DNA of 64,000 nt from an uncultured Acidimicrobiales bacterium (GTDB lineage Bacteria; Actinomycetota; Acidimicrobiia; Acidimicrobiales; VFJN01), in NCBI GenBank assembly GCA_963735375.1, contig CAVTKS010000007.1:333585-397584 (forward strand), written 5' to 3'. The notes under the pieces were generated by a model that saw only the letters and a list, made by a program, of their open reading frames with translations, made no database searches and was not told where the DNA came from. Made by a program: the position numbers and the translations under genes. How positions within the stretch are numbered: the first letter of the stretch is position 1; the number at the start of each line of letters is the position of its first letter. Positions 39,601 to 47,565 of the stretch are shown piece by piece.

Positions 39601-40076
39601 GCCGTCGGTCCTCGGGGCGGGCGTTGAGCACCGCGTCGATCTGGCCCTGCCCCACGATGACGTGCTGCTGGCGACCGACGCCCGTGTCGCTGAACAGCTC
39701 CTGCACGTCGAGCAGGCGGCAGGGCACGTTGTTGATGGCGTACTCGCTCTCACCCGACCGCCACAGCGTGCGGGTGACGGTGACCTCGCTGAACTCGATG
39801 GGCAGCAGGCCGGCGCCGTTGTCGATGGTCAGGCTCACCTCTGCCGCGACCGAGCGCCTGGCGCTTGGTCGTACCGGCGAAGATGACGTCCTCCATCTTC
39901 TGGCTGCGCACTGCCGAGGGTGCCTGGGCGCCGAGCACCCAGCCGATGGCGTCGACCACGTTGGACTTGCCCGAGCCGTTGGGGCCCACCACGACGGTGA
40001 CGCCCGGCTGCATCTCGAGGACGGTCGACTCCGCGAAGGACTTGAACCCCTTGAGGGTCAGCGCCTTGAGGAACAT
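36611..40076 (-). CDS. smc: Chromosome partition protein Smc (frame broken by an extra nucleotide at about 39845 as assembled)
   Basis: The N-terminal head [44 protein letters not shown]...KRQALGR is in ORF 39750..40076. The +1 frame continues [18 protein letters not shown]..., then coiled coils, a hinge and the C-terminal head ([29 protein letters not shown]). Confidence 0.9.
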
Positions 40077-40152
40077 CGGACTCCGAGGCTAGGTGAGAGC
40101 CCTGGCCAGGCCGTGGATGCCACGGGGAGCGACGCGCCCCGCGCCGTCCGGG

Positions 40153-40992
40153 TCAGACCTGGCAGCTCGGGCACCAGTAGGTGATGCGACCGCCGCCGCG
40201 CTGCTTGGTGACCGTCTGGCGGCAGCGGCGGCACGGCTGGCCGTCGCGGCCCCACACCTGCAGCTCGTCCTGGAAGCTGCCCGGGTTGCCCTGCAGATCG
40301 GTGAAGGGATGCTCGTCGGTGGAGGTGCCGTGGTGCTTGGTCGCCTCGTGCAGGATCTCGACGAGCGAGCGGTACAGCCGGCGGATCTCCATCGTCGACA
40401 CCGTCGACACCTCGCGGTCGGGACGGAGCCCGGCGTCGTGCAGGATCTCGTCCGCATACAGGCCGCCGAGGCCCACGACGAACGACTGGTCGAGCAGCAG
40501 GGGCTTGAGCTTCTCGGTGCGGTGGTTGACCAGCGACTGGGCGAACGCGGTCCACGACACGGGCGACGCCACCGGATCGAGTCCCAGCTCGCCCAGCTCG
40601 GGCGCCTCCTCGAGGAGGAGGTCGGGGGTGACGACGAAGGCCTCGGCCACGCTCTCGGGGTCGACCATGCGCATCTGGCCGCCCTGGGTGAACGTGATGA
40701 TCACCTGCGTGTCGGACGTGGTCTCGTCCTTGGGGGTGGTGCGCAGGAGCTGACCCGACGACCCGATGTCCAGCACCAGCAGCTCGCCGCTGTCGAGGAC
40801 GAACACGATCAACGAGCCGCGCCGGTCGACGCTCTTGAGCTTGACGCCCTCGAGCCGGGCCTGGAACGCCTTGCGCGAGCCGTTGCGATGGACCGTCTTG
40901 GCCACGGGGACCTCGACGGACTTGACCCGCCGCCCGACGGTGTCGCGCTCGAGACCGCGTCGGATGGTCTCGATCTCGGGCAACTCAGGCAT
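40153..40992 (-). CDS. mutM: Formamidopyrimidine-DNA glycosylase
   Basis: Protein reads MPELPEIETIRRGL...C-terminal zinc finger CRRCRQTVTKQRGGGRITYWCPSCQ. The ATG at 40992 was verified. Confidence 0.9.
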   Translation of the reverse strand: MPELPEIETIRRGLERDTVGRRVKSVEVPVAKTVHRNGSRKAFQARLEGVKLKSVDRRGSLIVFVLDSGELLVLDIGSSGQLLRTTPKDETTSDTQVIITFTQGGQMRMVDPESVAEAFVVTPDLLLEEAPELGELGLDPVASPVSWTAFAQSLVNHRTEKLKPLLLDQSFVVGLGGLYADEILHDAGLRPDREVSTVSTMEIRRLYRSLVEILHEATKHHGTSTDEHPFTDLQGNPGSFQDELQVWGRDGQPCRRCRQTVTKQRGGGRITYWCPSCQV

Positions 40993-41701
40993 CTTCGCTC
41001 TCCAACTGGGCCACCAGGGTGGCGTAGGCGTCGCGTGCTGCGACCTGTTCGGCCTGCTTCTTCGATCGACCGTCGCCGGTGCCCCGGGGCTCGCCCCCGA
41101 CCGCGACGGTGACGTGGAAGCGGCGGGCGTGGTCGGGGCCCTCGGCGAGGGTCTCGTAGCGGGGCGACTCGTCGAAATGACGGGCGGCCAGCTCCTGCAG
41201 CCGGCTCTTGTAGTCCTGCCCGCCGGGACCACCGGCGTGGGCCTCGGCGACCCGGCTGCCGAGCAGGCGCAGCACCAGGTCGTGGGCCTCGGGCATGCCG
41301 GCCGACACGTAGACCGCGCCGAGCACGGCCTCGAGCGCGTCAGCCAGGATCGACGGCTTCTCGCGGCCGCCCGACTGCTCCTCGCCCTTGCCCAGCAGCA
41401 GGTAGTCGCCGAGGTTGAGCTCGTCGGCCACCTCGGCCAGCGTGACGGCGTTGACCACCGCCTTGCGGACGTCGGTCAGCTCACCTTCGCTGAGCGTGGG
41501 ATACGCGTGGTAGGCGTGATCGGTGATGATCACGCCGAGCACGGCGTCGCCGAGGAACTCGAGCCGCTCGTTCGAGTCGTGGCCCGGGTTCTCCGCGCAC
41601 CACGAGCGATGCACCAGCGCGGGCGCCAGGACGTCAGGGCTGTCGACCGTGACGCCGAGGCGCTCGGCCAGCTCGTCGAGTCGGTTGACGGGAAGTGGGA
41701 T
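40985..41701 (-). CDS. rnc: Ribonuclease III (start codon unresolved; proposed ATC at 41701)
   Basis: NERLEFLGDAVLG signature, the catalytic region and a dsRBD (GPDHARRFHVTVAVGGEPRGTGDGRSKKQAEQVAA). The first canonical start (GTG 41614) would cut off the conserved N-terminal helix LDELAERLGVTVDSPDVLAPALVHRSW (see findings). Confidence 0.85.
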   Translation of the reverse strand: MPLPVNRLDELAERLGVTVDSPDVLAPALVHRSWCAENPGHDSNERLEFLGDAVLGVIITDHAYHAYPTLSEGELTDVRKAVVNAVTLAEVADELNLGDYLLLGKGEEQSGGREKPSILADALEAVLGAVYVSAGMPEAHDLVLRLLGSRVAEAHAGGPGGQDYKSRLQELAARHFDESPRYETLAEGPDHARRFHVTVAVGGEPRGTGDGRSKKQAEQVAARDAYATLVAQLESEDA

Positions 41702-41710
41702 GGTGGTGCC

Positions 41711-41965
41711 TCAGAGCCTGGCGAGGACGTAGTCGACGGCGTCGCGGACGGTCTTGATGTCCTCGAGGTCTTCGTCCTCGATGCGGAACCCGACGCTGCG
41801 CTCGCCGAGCTCCTCCTCGAGGGCCTCGGCCAGCTCGATCAGTGCGAGCGAATCGGCGTCGAGGTCGTCGGTGAACGAGTCGCCCTCGTGGATCGTGGAC
41901 GGCTCGACCTCGAGGATGTCGGCCAAGCGGTCACGGATCAGGTCGAAGACCTGCTGGCGATCCAT
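41711..41965 (-). CDS. acpP: Acyl carrier protein
   Basis: Protein reads MDRQQVFDLIRDRLADILEVEPSTIHEGDSFTDDLDADSLALIELAEALEEE. It has the phosphopantetheine Ser motif DSL and lies between plsX and rnc. Confidence 0.8.
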   Translation of the reverse strand: MDRQQVFDLIRDRLADILEVEPSTIHEGDSFTDDLDADSLALIELAEALEEELGERSVGFRIEDEDLEDIKTVRDAVDYVLARL

Positions 41966-42082
41966 CGGACTACGCTCGACATGGGTCTCGGCGGGCACGC
42001 TCAACTACTCCTGGTCACGAACAAGAACGGGCGGCAGTGTAGCGAGGCCCGACTTTGTGCGCTTGTGAACGACAGGCGGGGC

Positions 42083-43102
42083 TCACGCCGGCGCGACGGC
42101 CGCACGCAGGCGCTCGACCAGGTCGGCCTCGATCATCTCCTTGGCCACCCGGGCGGCGTTGACGATCGCCGTCGCCGAGGACGAGCCGTGGCTGATGATG
42201 CACACCCCGTCGACGCCCAGCAGCATGGCGCCGCCGGTCGAGTCGGGGTCGAGCGTGCTGTACAGGGGCAGCAGGGCCTGGAACGCCTGGTCGGCGACAT
42301 CGGTCGCACCCAGGGCATCGAGCACGCTGCGCACCAGGGCCTTCATGCCGCCCTCGAGGGTCTTCAGCGCCACGTTGCCGGTGAAGCCGTCGGTCACGAC
42401 CACATCGACCTCGTCGGTCATGATGTCGCGACCCTCGACGTTGCCGACGAACCGTGCGCCGGAACGCTCCAGCGCCGCCGGCTCGGCCAGCAGCGCGTGC
42501 GTCTCCTTGACCAGCGGGTTGCCCTTGGTCGACTCCTCGCCGATGGAGAGGAGGCCGACCCGGGGCTCGACGAGGCCGTAGCGCTCGCGGGCGAACACGG
42601 CGCCCATCTGGGCGAACTGCACGAGCCATGCGGGCTGGCACTCGGCATTGGCGCCGGCGTCGAGCAGCACCGTGGGCGTCGAGCCCGGCACCGGGATCGG
42701 CGTGGCGATGGCCGGGCGGGACACGCCCTTGACGCGGCCCATGCGCAGCAGCGCCGATGCCATGGTCGCCCCGGTGTTGCCGGCCGACACCATGGCCGAC
42801 GCCCTGCCGTCGCGCACGGCTTCGGCGGCGCGCACCAGGGACGAGTCCTTCATGGTGCGGACGCTGGACCCGGGGTCGGCGTCCATGCCGATGACCTGCG
42901 AGGCCTCGATCAGCTCGAGGTCGCCGCGCAGGGGATCGATCTCGTCGGGTCGGCCGACCAGCACGACGGGCACACCCAGCTCGGACGCGGCGCGCTGGGC
43001 GCCGTCGACGATGGCGGCGGGCGCGTTGTCACCACCCATGGCGTCGATGGCGATGGGCAGCGTCACGGCGGCAGGCGCGTTCACGATGTCTGCGTGGCTC
43101 AC
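42083..43102 (-). CDS. plsX: Phosphate acyltransferase PlsX
   Basis: Protein reads LPIAIDAMGGDNAPAAIVDGA...GNVEGRDI...DVVVTDGFTGNVALKTLEG. Confidence 0.92.
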   Translation of the reverse strand: MSHADIVNAPAAVTLPIAIDAMGGDNAPAAIVDGAQRAASELGVPVVLVGRPDEIDPLRGDLELIEASQVIGMDADPGSSVRTMKDSSLVRAAEAVRDGRASAMVSAGNTGATMASALLRMGRVKGVSRPAIATPIPVPGSTPTVLLDAGANAECQPAWLVQFAQMGAVFARERYGLVEPRVGLLSIGEESTKGNPLVKETHALLAEPAALERSGARFVGNVEGRDIMTDEVDVVVTDGFTGNVALKTLEGGMKALVRSVLDALGATDVADQAFQALLPLYSTLDPDSTGGAMLLGVDGVCIISHGSSSATAIVNAARVAKEMIEADLVERLRAAVAPA

Positions 43103-43125
43103 CGGAGTGACCGCAGGCTCAGTGC

Positions 43126-43305
43126 TCAGTCGACCTCAATGGCCACGCGGCCGCCGTACCAGCCGCAGTTGCCGCACACCACGTGGGGCAGCTTGGCCGA
43201 GCTGCAGCGCGGGCACACGCTGCGAGCAGGGCGATCGAGGCGCCACGCGCTCGCCTTGCGGCTGCGGCTCTTGGCCTTGGAGGTCTTCTTCTTGGGGACG
43301 GCCAT
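43126..43305 (-). CDS. rpmF: 50S ribosomal protein L32
   Basis: Protein reads MAVPKKKTSKAKSRSRKASAWRLDRPARSVCPRCSSAKLPHVVCGNCGWYGGR. The ATG at 43305 was verified. Confidence 0.92.
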   Translation of the reverse strand: MAVPKKKTSKAKSRSRKASAWRLDRPARSVCPRCSSAKLPHVVCGNCGWYGGRVAIEVD

Positions 43306-43442
43306 GGGAGTCTTCCTGCAACGTCTCGATGGGGGGCGCCGCGGAACTGGCGCGAGAACCGCCCGCCTGGCGGGCACAAGGGGGAAAGACTAGCGGCCCG
43401 TCGTCGGAACCGTCGAACCGCCCGGGTCGGCCACCGTCGGCA

Positions 43443-43943
43443 TCAGTTGTCGAAGTGAAGAGCGTCCAGGGCGCCCCACCGGGGGTCGGCGGCAGGGACA
43501 GCGTCGTCGTCCGTTGCCGTGGTCACCGGGTGAGCGTCAGGGTCGGGGCCGGGGCACGCCTCGTCGCAGAGCGGGGCGAGCGGCAGGGCCAGCGCCAGTG
43601 CCTCGCGCAGCGCGGGCTCGACGTCGAGGTCGTCGCGACCCAGCGGGTACGTCTCGCCCTCGACGGGGTCGGGCTCGAACACCTCGCTCACCTCGATGAC
43701 CACGTCGCCGCCTGTCACCTCGAGGCACCGACGGCACTCGCCTGTCCATCGTGCCGTGACCGTGCCAGTGACGGTGACCGTGTCGCCCTGCGCCTCGACC
43801 ACGAGGTCGGCGACCACGTCGTCGCTGGTGAGGCCCGTGGTCGACAGGGCCAGCCCCGGCAACGGGCCGACGAGGGAGACCTGGTGGCGGGCGCCTCGGT
43901 GACGAAACAGCTCACCGGTCGGTACGAGGAAGGGGCGGGCCAC
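43443..43943 (-). CDS. YceD/DUF177 family protein
   Basis: It has CRRCLE ... PLCDEACPG motifs and sits directly upstream of rpmF, as is usual. Confidence 0.85.
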   Translation of the reverse strand: MARPFLVPTGELFRHRGARHQVSLVGPLPGLALSTTGLTSDDVVADLVVEAQGDTVTVTGTVTARWTGECRRCLEVTGGDVVIEVSEVFEPDPVEGETYPLGRDDLDVEPALREALALALPLAPLCDEACPGPDPDAHPVTTATDDDAVPAADPRWGALDALHFDN

Positions 43944-44018
43944 GCCGCCCAGGCTACGAGCCGGGGCATCTCACGGCGACACCGAGTTCACGGCTCCGCC
44001 ACCACCGGGGGTAGGGGC

Positions 44019-44645
44019 CTACGAGCGGTCCTGGTCGAAGAAGCCCGACGGCTGGTCGTCGTCACGATCGTCGTCGTGGCCGTTGACCGACCCCGCCGCG
44101 GCTCCGCCGGCGCCGACGGGCGGGAGCCCCTCACCAGCGGGGCCCCGGAGCTTGGCCCGGCCCGAGGAGATGACGGCCATCGTGCGCTCGAGGACCGTCT
44201 CCATCTGGGCCAGGCGCTTGTCGCAGAAGTCGTCGGCCTCGTTGCGCTGGCGGCTGGCCTCGGCCCGGGCGTTCTCCATGATGCGGCGGGCCTTGGCCTC
44301 GGCCGCCTTCATCACCTCCGACCGCTGCACCATGCGCTCGGCCTGCCCGCGTGCGGCCGCCAGGATGTCGTCGGCCTCACGCTGCGTGCGGTCCAGGAAC
44401 TCGTCGCGGTCCTTGAGCAGCCAACGCGACGCACGCACCTCGTCGGGCAGGCGCTCGATCGCCTGGTCGAGCAGGTCCAGCGCCTCGTCGCGGTCGACCT
44501 TGACCTGGGTCGAGAGCGGAGCCGGGCGGGCCGTGTCGATGAGCTCGTGCAGGTGGCGCAACAGCGCCTCGACGTCACCACCGGGTGCACGCTCGGCGAC
44601 GCGGGCGTCGAAGTTGTGCTCGAACGAATGATCGTCGCCTGTCAC
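44019..44645 (-). CDS. Coiled-coil DivIVA-like protein (Rv2927c/SepIVA-like)
   Basis: Protein reads LLRHLHELIDTARPAPLSTQVKVDRDEALDLLDQAIERLPDEV...READDILAAARGQAERMV. Its position upstream of yceD-rpmF matches mycobacteria. Confidence 0.6.
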   Translation of the reverse strand: MTGDDHSFEHNFDARVAERAPGGDVEALLRHLHELIDTARPAPLSTQVKVDRDEALDLLDQAIERLPDEVRASRWLLKDRDEFLDRTQREADDILAAARGQAERMVQRSEVMKAAEAKARRIMENARAEASRQRNEADDFCDKRLAQMETVLERTMAVISSGRAKLRGPAGEGLPPVGAGGAAAGSVNGHDDDRDDDQPSGFFDQDRS

Positions 44646-45136
44646 GGTGCGCCGTCCCCGTCCGCGTACTTCTTGCCCAGCAGCTCGGCGACGCCCGGCG
44701 GCACCATCGAGCTGATGTCACCCCCGTAGCGGGCGATCTCGCGGATGAGCTTGGACGCGAGGTAGGAGTGCGACGACCCCGAGGGGATGAACAGGGTGTC
44801 GACGCCGGACACCTGCTTGTTCATCTGCGCCATCATCAGCTCGGACTCGAAGTCGGACACCACCCGCAGGCCCTTGACGATGAAGTCGGCGCCGACCTCG
44901 TGGGCCAGGTCGACGACCAGGCTCGAGAACATCGTGATGCGCACGTTCCCCAGGTGCGCGGTCGCCTCGGCAATGAGCGCCTGCCGCTCCTCGAGCGTGA
45001 ACAGGGGCTCGCCCTTCTGCGGATTGCGCACGGCCGCGACGACCACCTCGTCGAACAGCCGCGAGGCCACCTCGATGATCTCGATGTGGCCGTTGTGGAT
45101 CGGGTCGAACGACCCGGGGTAGAGGACGGTGGTCAC
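44642..45136 (-). CDS. coaD: Phosphopantetheine adenylyltransferase
   Basis: Protein reads MTTVLYPGSFDPIHNGHIEIIEVASRLFDEVVVAAVRNPQK. Confidence 0.93.
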   Translation of the reverse strand: MTTVLYPGSFDPIHNGHIEIIEVASRLFDEVVVAAVRNPQKGEPLFTLEERQALIAEATAHLGNVRITMFSSLVVDLAHEVGADFIVKGLRVVSDFESELMMAQMNKQVSGVDTLFIPSGSSHSYLASKLIREIARYGGDISSMVPPGVAELLGKKYADGDGAP

Positions 45137-45243
45137 TGGTCGGGGCTCCTGGTCACGATGCAGGCGGACAGCCGCGAGCGAACGTTGCCACGGTAATCGA
45201 CGTCACCCCTCCGACCCGGACACACCCACCGGGGCCGGCACGC

Positions 45244-45786
45244 TCAGGCGCCGTCGACCGCAGGCGCCGGAGCGGCGAACCCCACCCACGTTCCGCCGTA
45301 GCGGGACTCGCGCGACAGCGACCATCCGTCCGGCAACGCGACCGGCGCCGCCGCCTCGACGACCACGAGATCCGCGGGGATGGCCGCCAGCAGGTCGACC
45401 CACCCGTCGAACGCGTACGGCGGGTCGCAGAAGGCGAGATCGAGGTGCTCGTCGTCGGTGAGCGCGGCGAGCCAACGCTCGACCGGGACGGCCACGATCG
45501 TGGCCCGGTCGGCGAACCCGCACGACTCGACGTTGCGCCGGATGGCCTGGCGGGCCGACCGGTCGCTGTCGACGAACGTCACGTGCTCCGCGCCTCGTGA
45601 CAGGGCCTCGACCCCCAACGCACCGCTGCCTGCGAACAGATCGGCCACGCGGGCGCCGTCGACGGCGTCGCGGCTCCACAACGCGTTGAAGATGGCCTCA
45701 CGGACCCTGTCGGTCGTCGGTCGCGTACGGGCACCCGGAGGTGTCACCAGGGTCCGGCCCCGGGCCGTCCCGCCCACGACTCGCAT
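45244..45786 (-). CDS. rsmD: 16S rRNA (guanine966-N2)-methyltransferase RsmD
   Basis: Protein reads MRVVGGTARGRTLVTPPGARTRPTTDRVREAIFNAL...FCDPPY. Confidence 0.88.
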   Translation of the reverse strand: MRVVGGTARGRTLVTPPGARTRPTTDRVREAIFNALWSRDAVDGARVADLFAGSGALGVEALSRGAEHVTFVDSDRSARQAIRRNVESCGFADRATIVAVPVERWLAALTDDEHLDLAFCDPPYAFDGWVDLLAAIPADLVVVEAAAPVALPDGWSLSRESRYGGTWVGFAAPAPAVDGA

Positions 45787-45818
45787 GGCGGCACGGTAAC
45801 GGGTGGCATCCTCGGTAC

Positions 45819-46541
45819 ATGTCAGCCCCCGTGCGAGTGATCAGGATCGACCAGCCCAAGGTCCGCAACGCCATCAACACCAAGACGGCGCAGCGGCTGC
45901 ACGACGAGCTCGTGGCGTTCGACTACGACGACACCGCCAAGGTGGCGGTGCTCACGGGCGACGTCGCTGCGTTCTGCGCCGGCGCCAACCTGCGGGACCT
46001 GCCCCGGCTTCGTGACAGCGGGCCGTTGGGGCCGACGCGGCTCGCTCTGTCCAAGCCCGTCGTCGCCGCCATCGAGGGCTGGTGCGTGGCCGGTGGCGTG
46101 GAGCTGGCCGCATGGTGCGACCTGCGGGTGGCGGGCGAAGGCGCGCGGTTCGGCTGCCTCGAGCGCCGGTGGGGCGTTCCCCTGGTCGACGGCGGCACCT
46201 ACCGCCTACCGCGGATCGTCGGTCTGGGACGGGCGCTCGACCTCATCCTCACAGGACGCGAGATCGACGCCGTCGAGGCCGAGCGCATCGGCTTCGTCGA
46301 CCGGCTCGTCTCCGACGGCACGGCGCTCGACGCGGCGGTCGAGCTGGCCGAGCAGATCGCCTCGTCGCCGTGGCGATGCGTGGTGAGCGACAGACGAGCT
46401 GTCTACGACGGTCTCGGCCTCGACACTGCCGAGGCCCTGGCCAACGAGGATCGCCTCGGCCGTGAGGTCATCCTCTCCGACGACTTCTCCGCCGGCGTCG
46501 ACCGGTTCGCCGACCACCAGCGGGCGCGAGGCGAGCACTGA
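45819..46541 (+). CDS. Enoyl-CoA hydratase/isomerase (crotonase) family protein
   Basis: Protein reads VAVLTGDVAAFCAGANL...KPVVAAIEGWCVAGGVELAAWCDLRVA. The ATG at 45819 was verified. Confidence 0.85.
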   Translation: MSAPVRVIRIDQPKVRNAINTKTAQRLHDELVAFDYDDTAKVAVLTGDVAAFCAGANLRDLPRLRDSGPLGPTRLALSKPVVAAIEGWCVAGGVELAAWCDLRVAGEGARFGCLERRWGVPLVDGGTYRLPRIVGLGRALDLILTGREIDAVEAERIGFVDRLVSDGTALDAAVELAEQIASSPWRCVVSDRRAVYDGLGLDTAEALANEDRLGREVILSDDFSAGVDRFADHQRARGEH

Positions 46542-46602
46542 CCACTGATCTCCCGATCTCCCGATCTCCGAACCCGGCGGCGGGGTGGCATCGCCGGCGC
46601 GA

Positions 46603-46770
46603 GCTAGTGCCCCGTCAGGCAACGTTCGCCCTTCCACGGCGAGTCAGGGTCGTCGCTCGCAAGGACGCAGGAGGAAGGCGCAGCCGTAGCTGCGGTGACG
46701 ACGAGGACGCAGCGAGCGGCGGGCCTGGCCGGCGTGGAAGGGCGCAAACGCTGTCTGACGGGGCACTAGC
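46603..46770. mobile_element. 168-nt inverted-repeat element (MITE-like, or alternatively a structured RNA) bounded by CTAG
   Basis: The left end is GCTAGTGCCCCGTCAGGCAACGTTCGCCCTTCCACG. The reverse complement of the right end is GCTAGTGCCCCGTCAGACAGCGTTTGCGCCCTTCCACG. The first 16 nt are perfect and about 36-38 nt pair overall. The interior has a second stem, a purine-rich internal loop and an apical hairpin CGCAGC-CGTA-GCTGCG. Confidence 0.6.
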
Positions 46771-46780
46771 GTCCGGAGCA

Positions 46781-46957
46781 GTGGAGGTCGACCGGGTCAT
46801 CACGTGCATCGACTGCGGGGGACGAGCGCACTTGATCTCGTACCCGCCGTCGGAGCGCGACTGGGAGCCCGGTGACCTGGTCGTCTACCGGTGCGAAGAC
46901 TGCCTCGACCGCTGGGACCTGCTGGTTCCCGACGACGACGGTCCCGACGAACCCTGA
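46781..46957 (+). CDS. Small zinc-ribbon protein (58 aa)
   Basis: Protein reads VEVDRVITCIDCGGRAHLISYPPSERDWEPGDLVVYRCEDCLDRWDLLVPDDDGPDEP, with two CxxC pairs. GGAG lies just upstream of the GTG. The 5' part of ORF 46607..46957 is the repeat element, not coding sequence. Confidence 0.5.
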   Translation: MEVDRVITCIDCGGRAHLISYPPSERDWEPGDLVVYRCEDCLDRWDLLVPDDDGPDEP

Positions 46958-47055
46958 CGACCGTCCTCCATCCCTGGGGTCAACCCCCATGTCCCCCGAG
47001 CCGCGCGCGTGATCAGGTACTCGGGACCGCCAGTGACGACAACGGAGACAGCACG

Positions 47056-47466
47056 ATGCACACCACCCGATCCACCCACCTGCTGCGCCGCATGGTCGGC
47101 CTTGCCGCCGTTCCGGCCCTGCTGCTCACCGCCGCCGCGTGCGGCGACGACGACGACAGCGCCGGCGGCGGGGGCGGCGACGGCGCCGAGTTCTGCGAGC
47201 AGGCACGGACGCTCGACGAGCGCTTCGCGGACGTCTCCGATCCCACCGGCGACGAGTTCGGTGCAGCGATCCAGGCCTTCACCGAGCTCGATCCCCCGGC
47301 TGCGATCGCCGAAGACTGGGAGACGATGGTCGCCTCGCTCCAGGCCTTCGAGGACATCGACTTCAGCGACCCCGAGGCACTCGACGAGTCCAACTTCGCC
47401 GATGCCGAGGCGGCCTCCGACCGGGTCACCACGTACATGGAAGAAGAGTGCGGCATCTCCGGCTGA
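47056..47466 (+). CDS. Acidic lipoprotein (hypothetical)
   Basis: Protein reads MHTTRSTHLLRRMVGLAAVPALLLTAAACGDDDD, with a lipobox-like TAAAC. GGAGA lies 7 nt upstream of the ATG. Confidence 0.65.
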   Translation: MHTTRSTHLLRRMVGLAAVPALLLTAAACGDDDDSAGGGGGDGAEFCEQARTLDERFADVSDPTGDEFGAAIQAFTELDPPAAIAEDWETMVASLQAFEDIDFSDPEALDESNFADAEAASDRVTTYMEEECGISG

Positions 47467-47516
47467 CCCGGGTCTTCCCGCTCGAGCCGAGCCGGTCACC
47501 CGCGACGTGATCGACC

Positions 47517-47549
47517 GAACGCCACCTCGGCATTGCCGAGGTGGCGTTC
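47517..47549. terminator. Perfect 15-bp stem / 3-nt loop hairpin between convergent genes (lipoprotein gene and recG)
   Basis: gaacgccacctcggc-att-gccgaggtggcgttc was read directly. There is no U-tract, which is common in high-GC actinobacteria. Confidence 0.65.
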
Positions 47550-47565
47550 GTCGTCTCCCGGGGCA

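Noticed and set aside
46603-46770. 6S RNA or riboswitch interpretation of the long hairpin.
   Set aside because: The length (about 170 nt) and a purine-rich internal loop are reminiscent of 6S RNA. However, the loop sits next to a very short apical hairpin instead of mid-molecule. The outer 16 bp are perfectly paired. The same termini recur at 4246-4301 and 47559-47570. A repeat or MITE therefore seems more likely. It is not fully excluded and is kept as an alternative in the findings.
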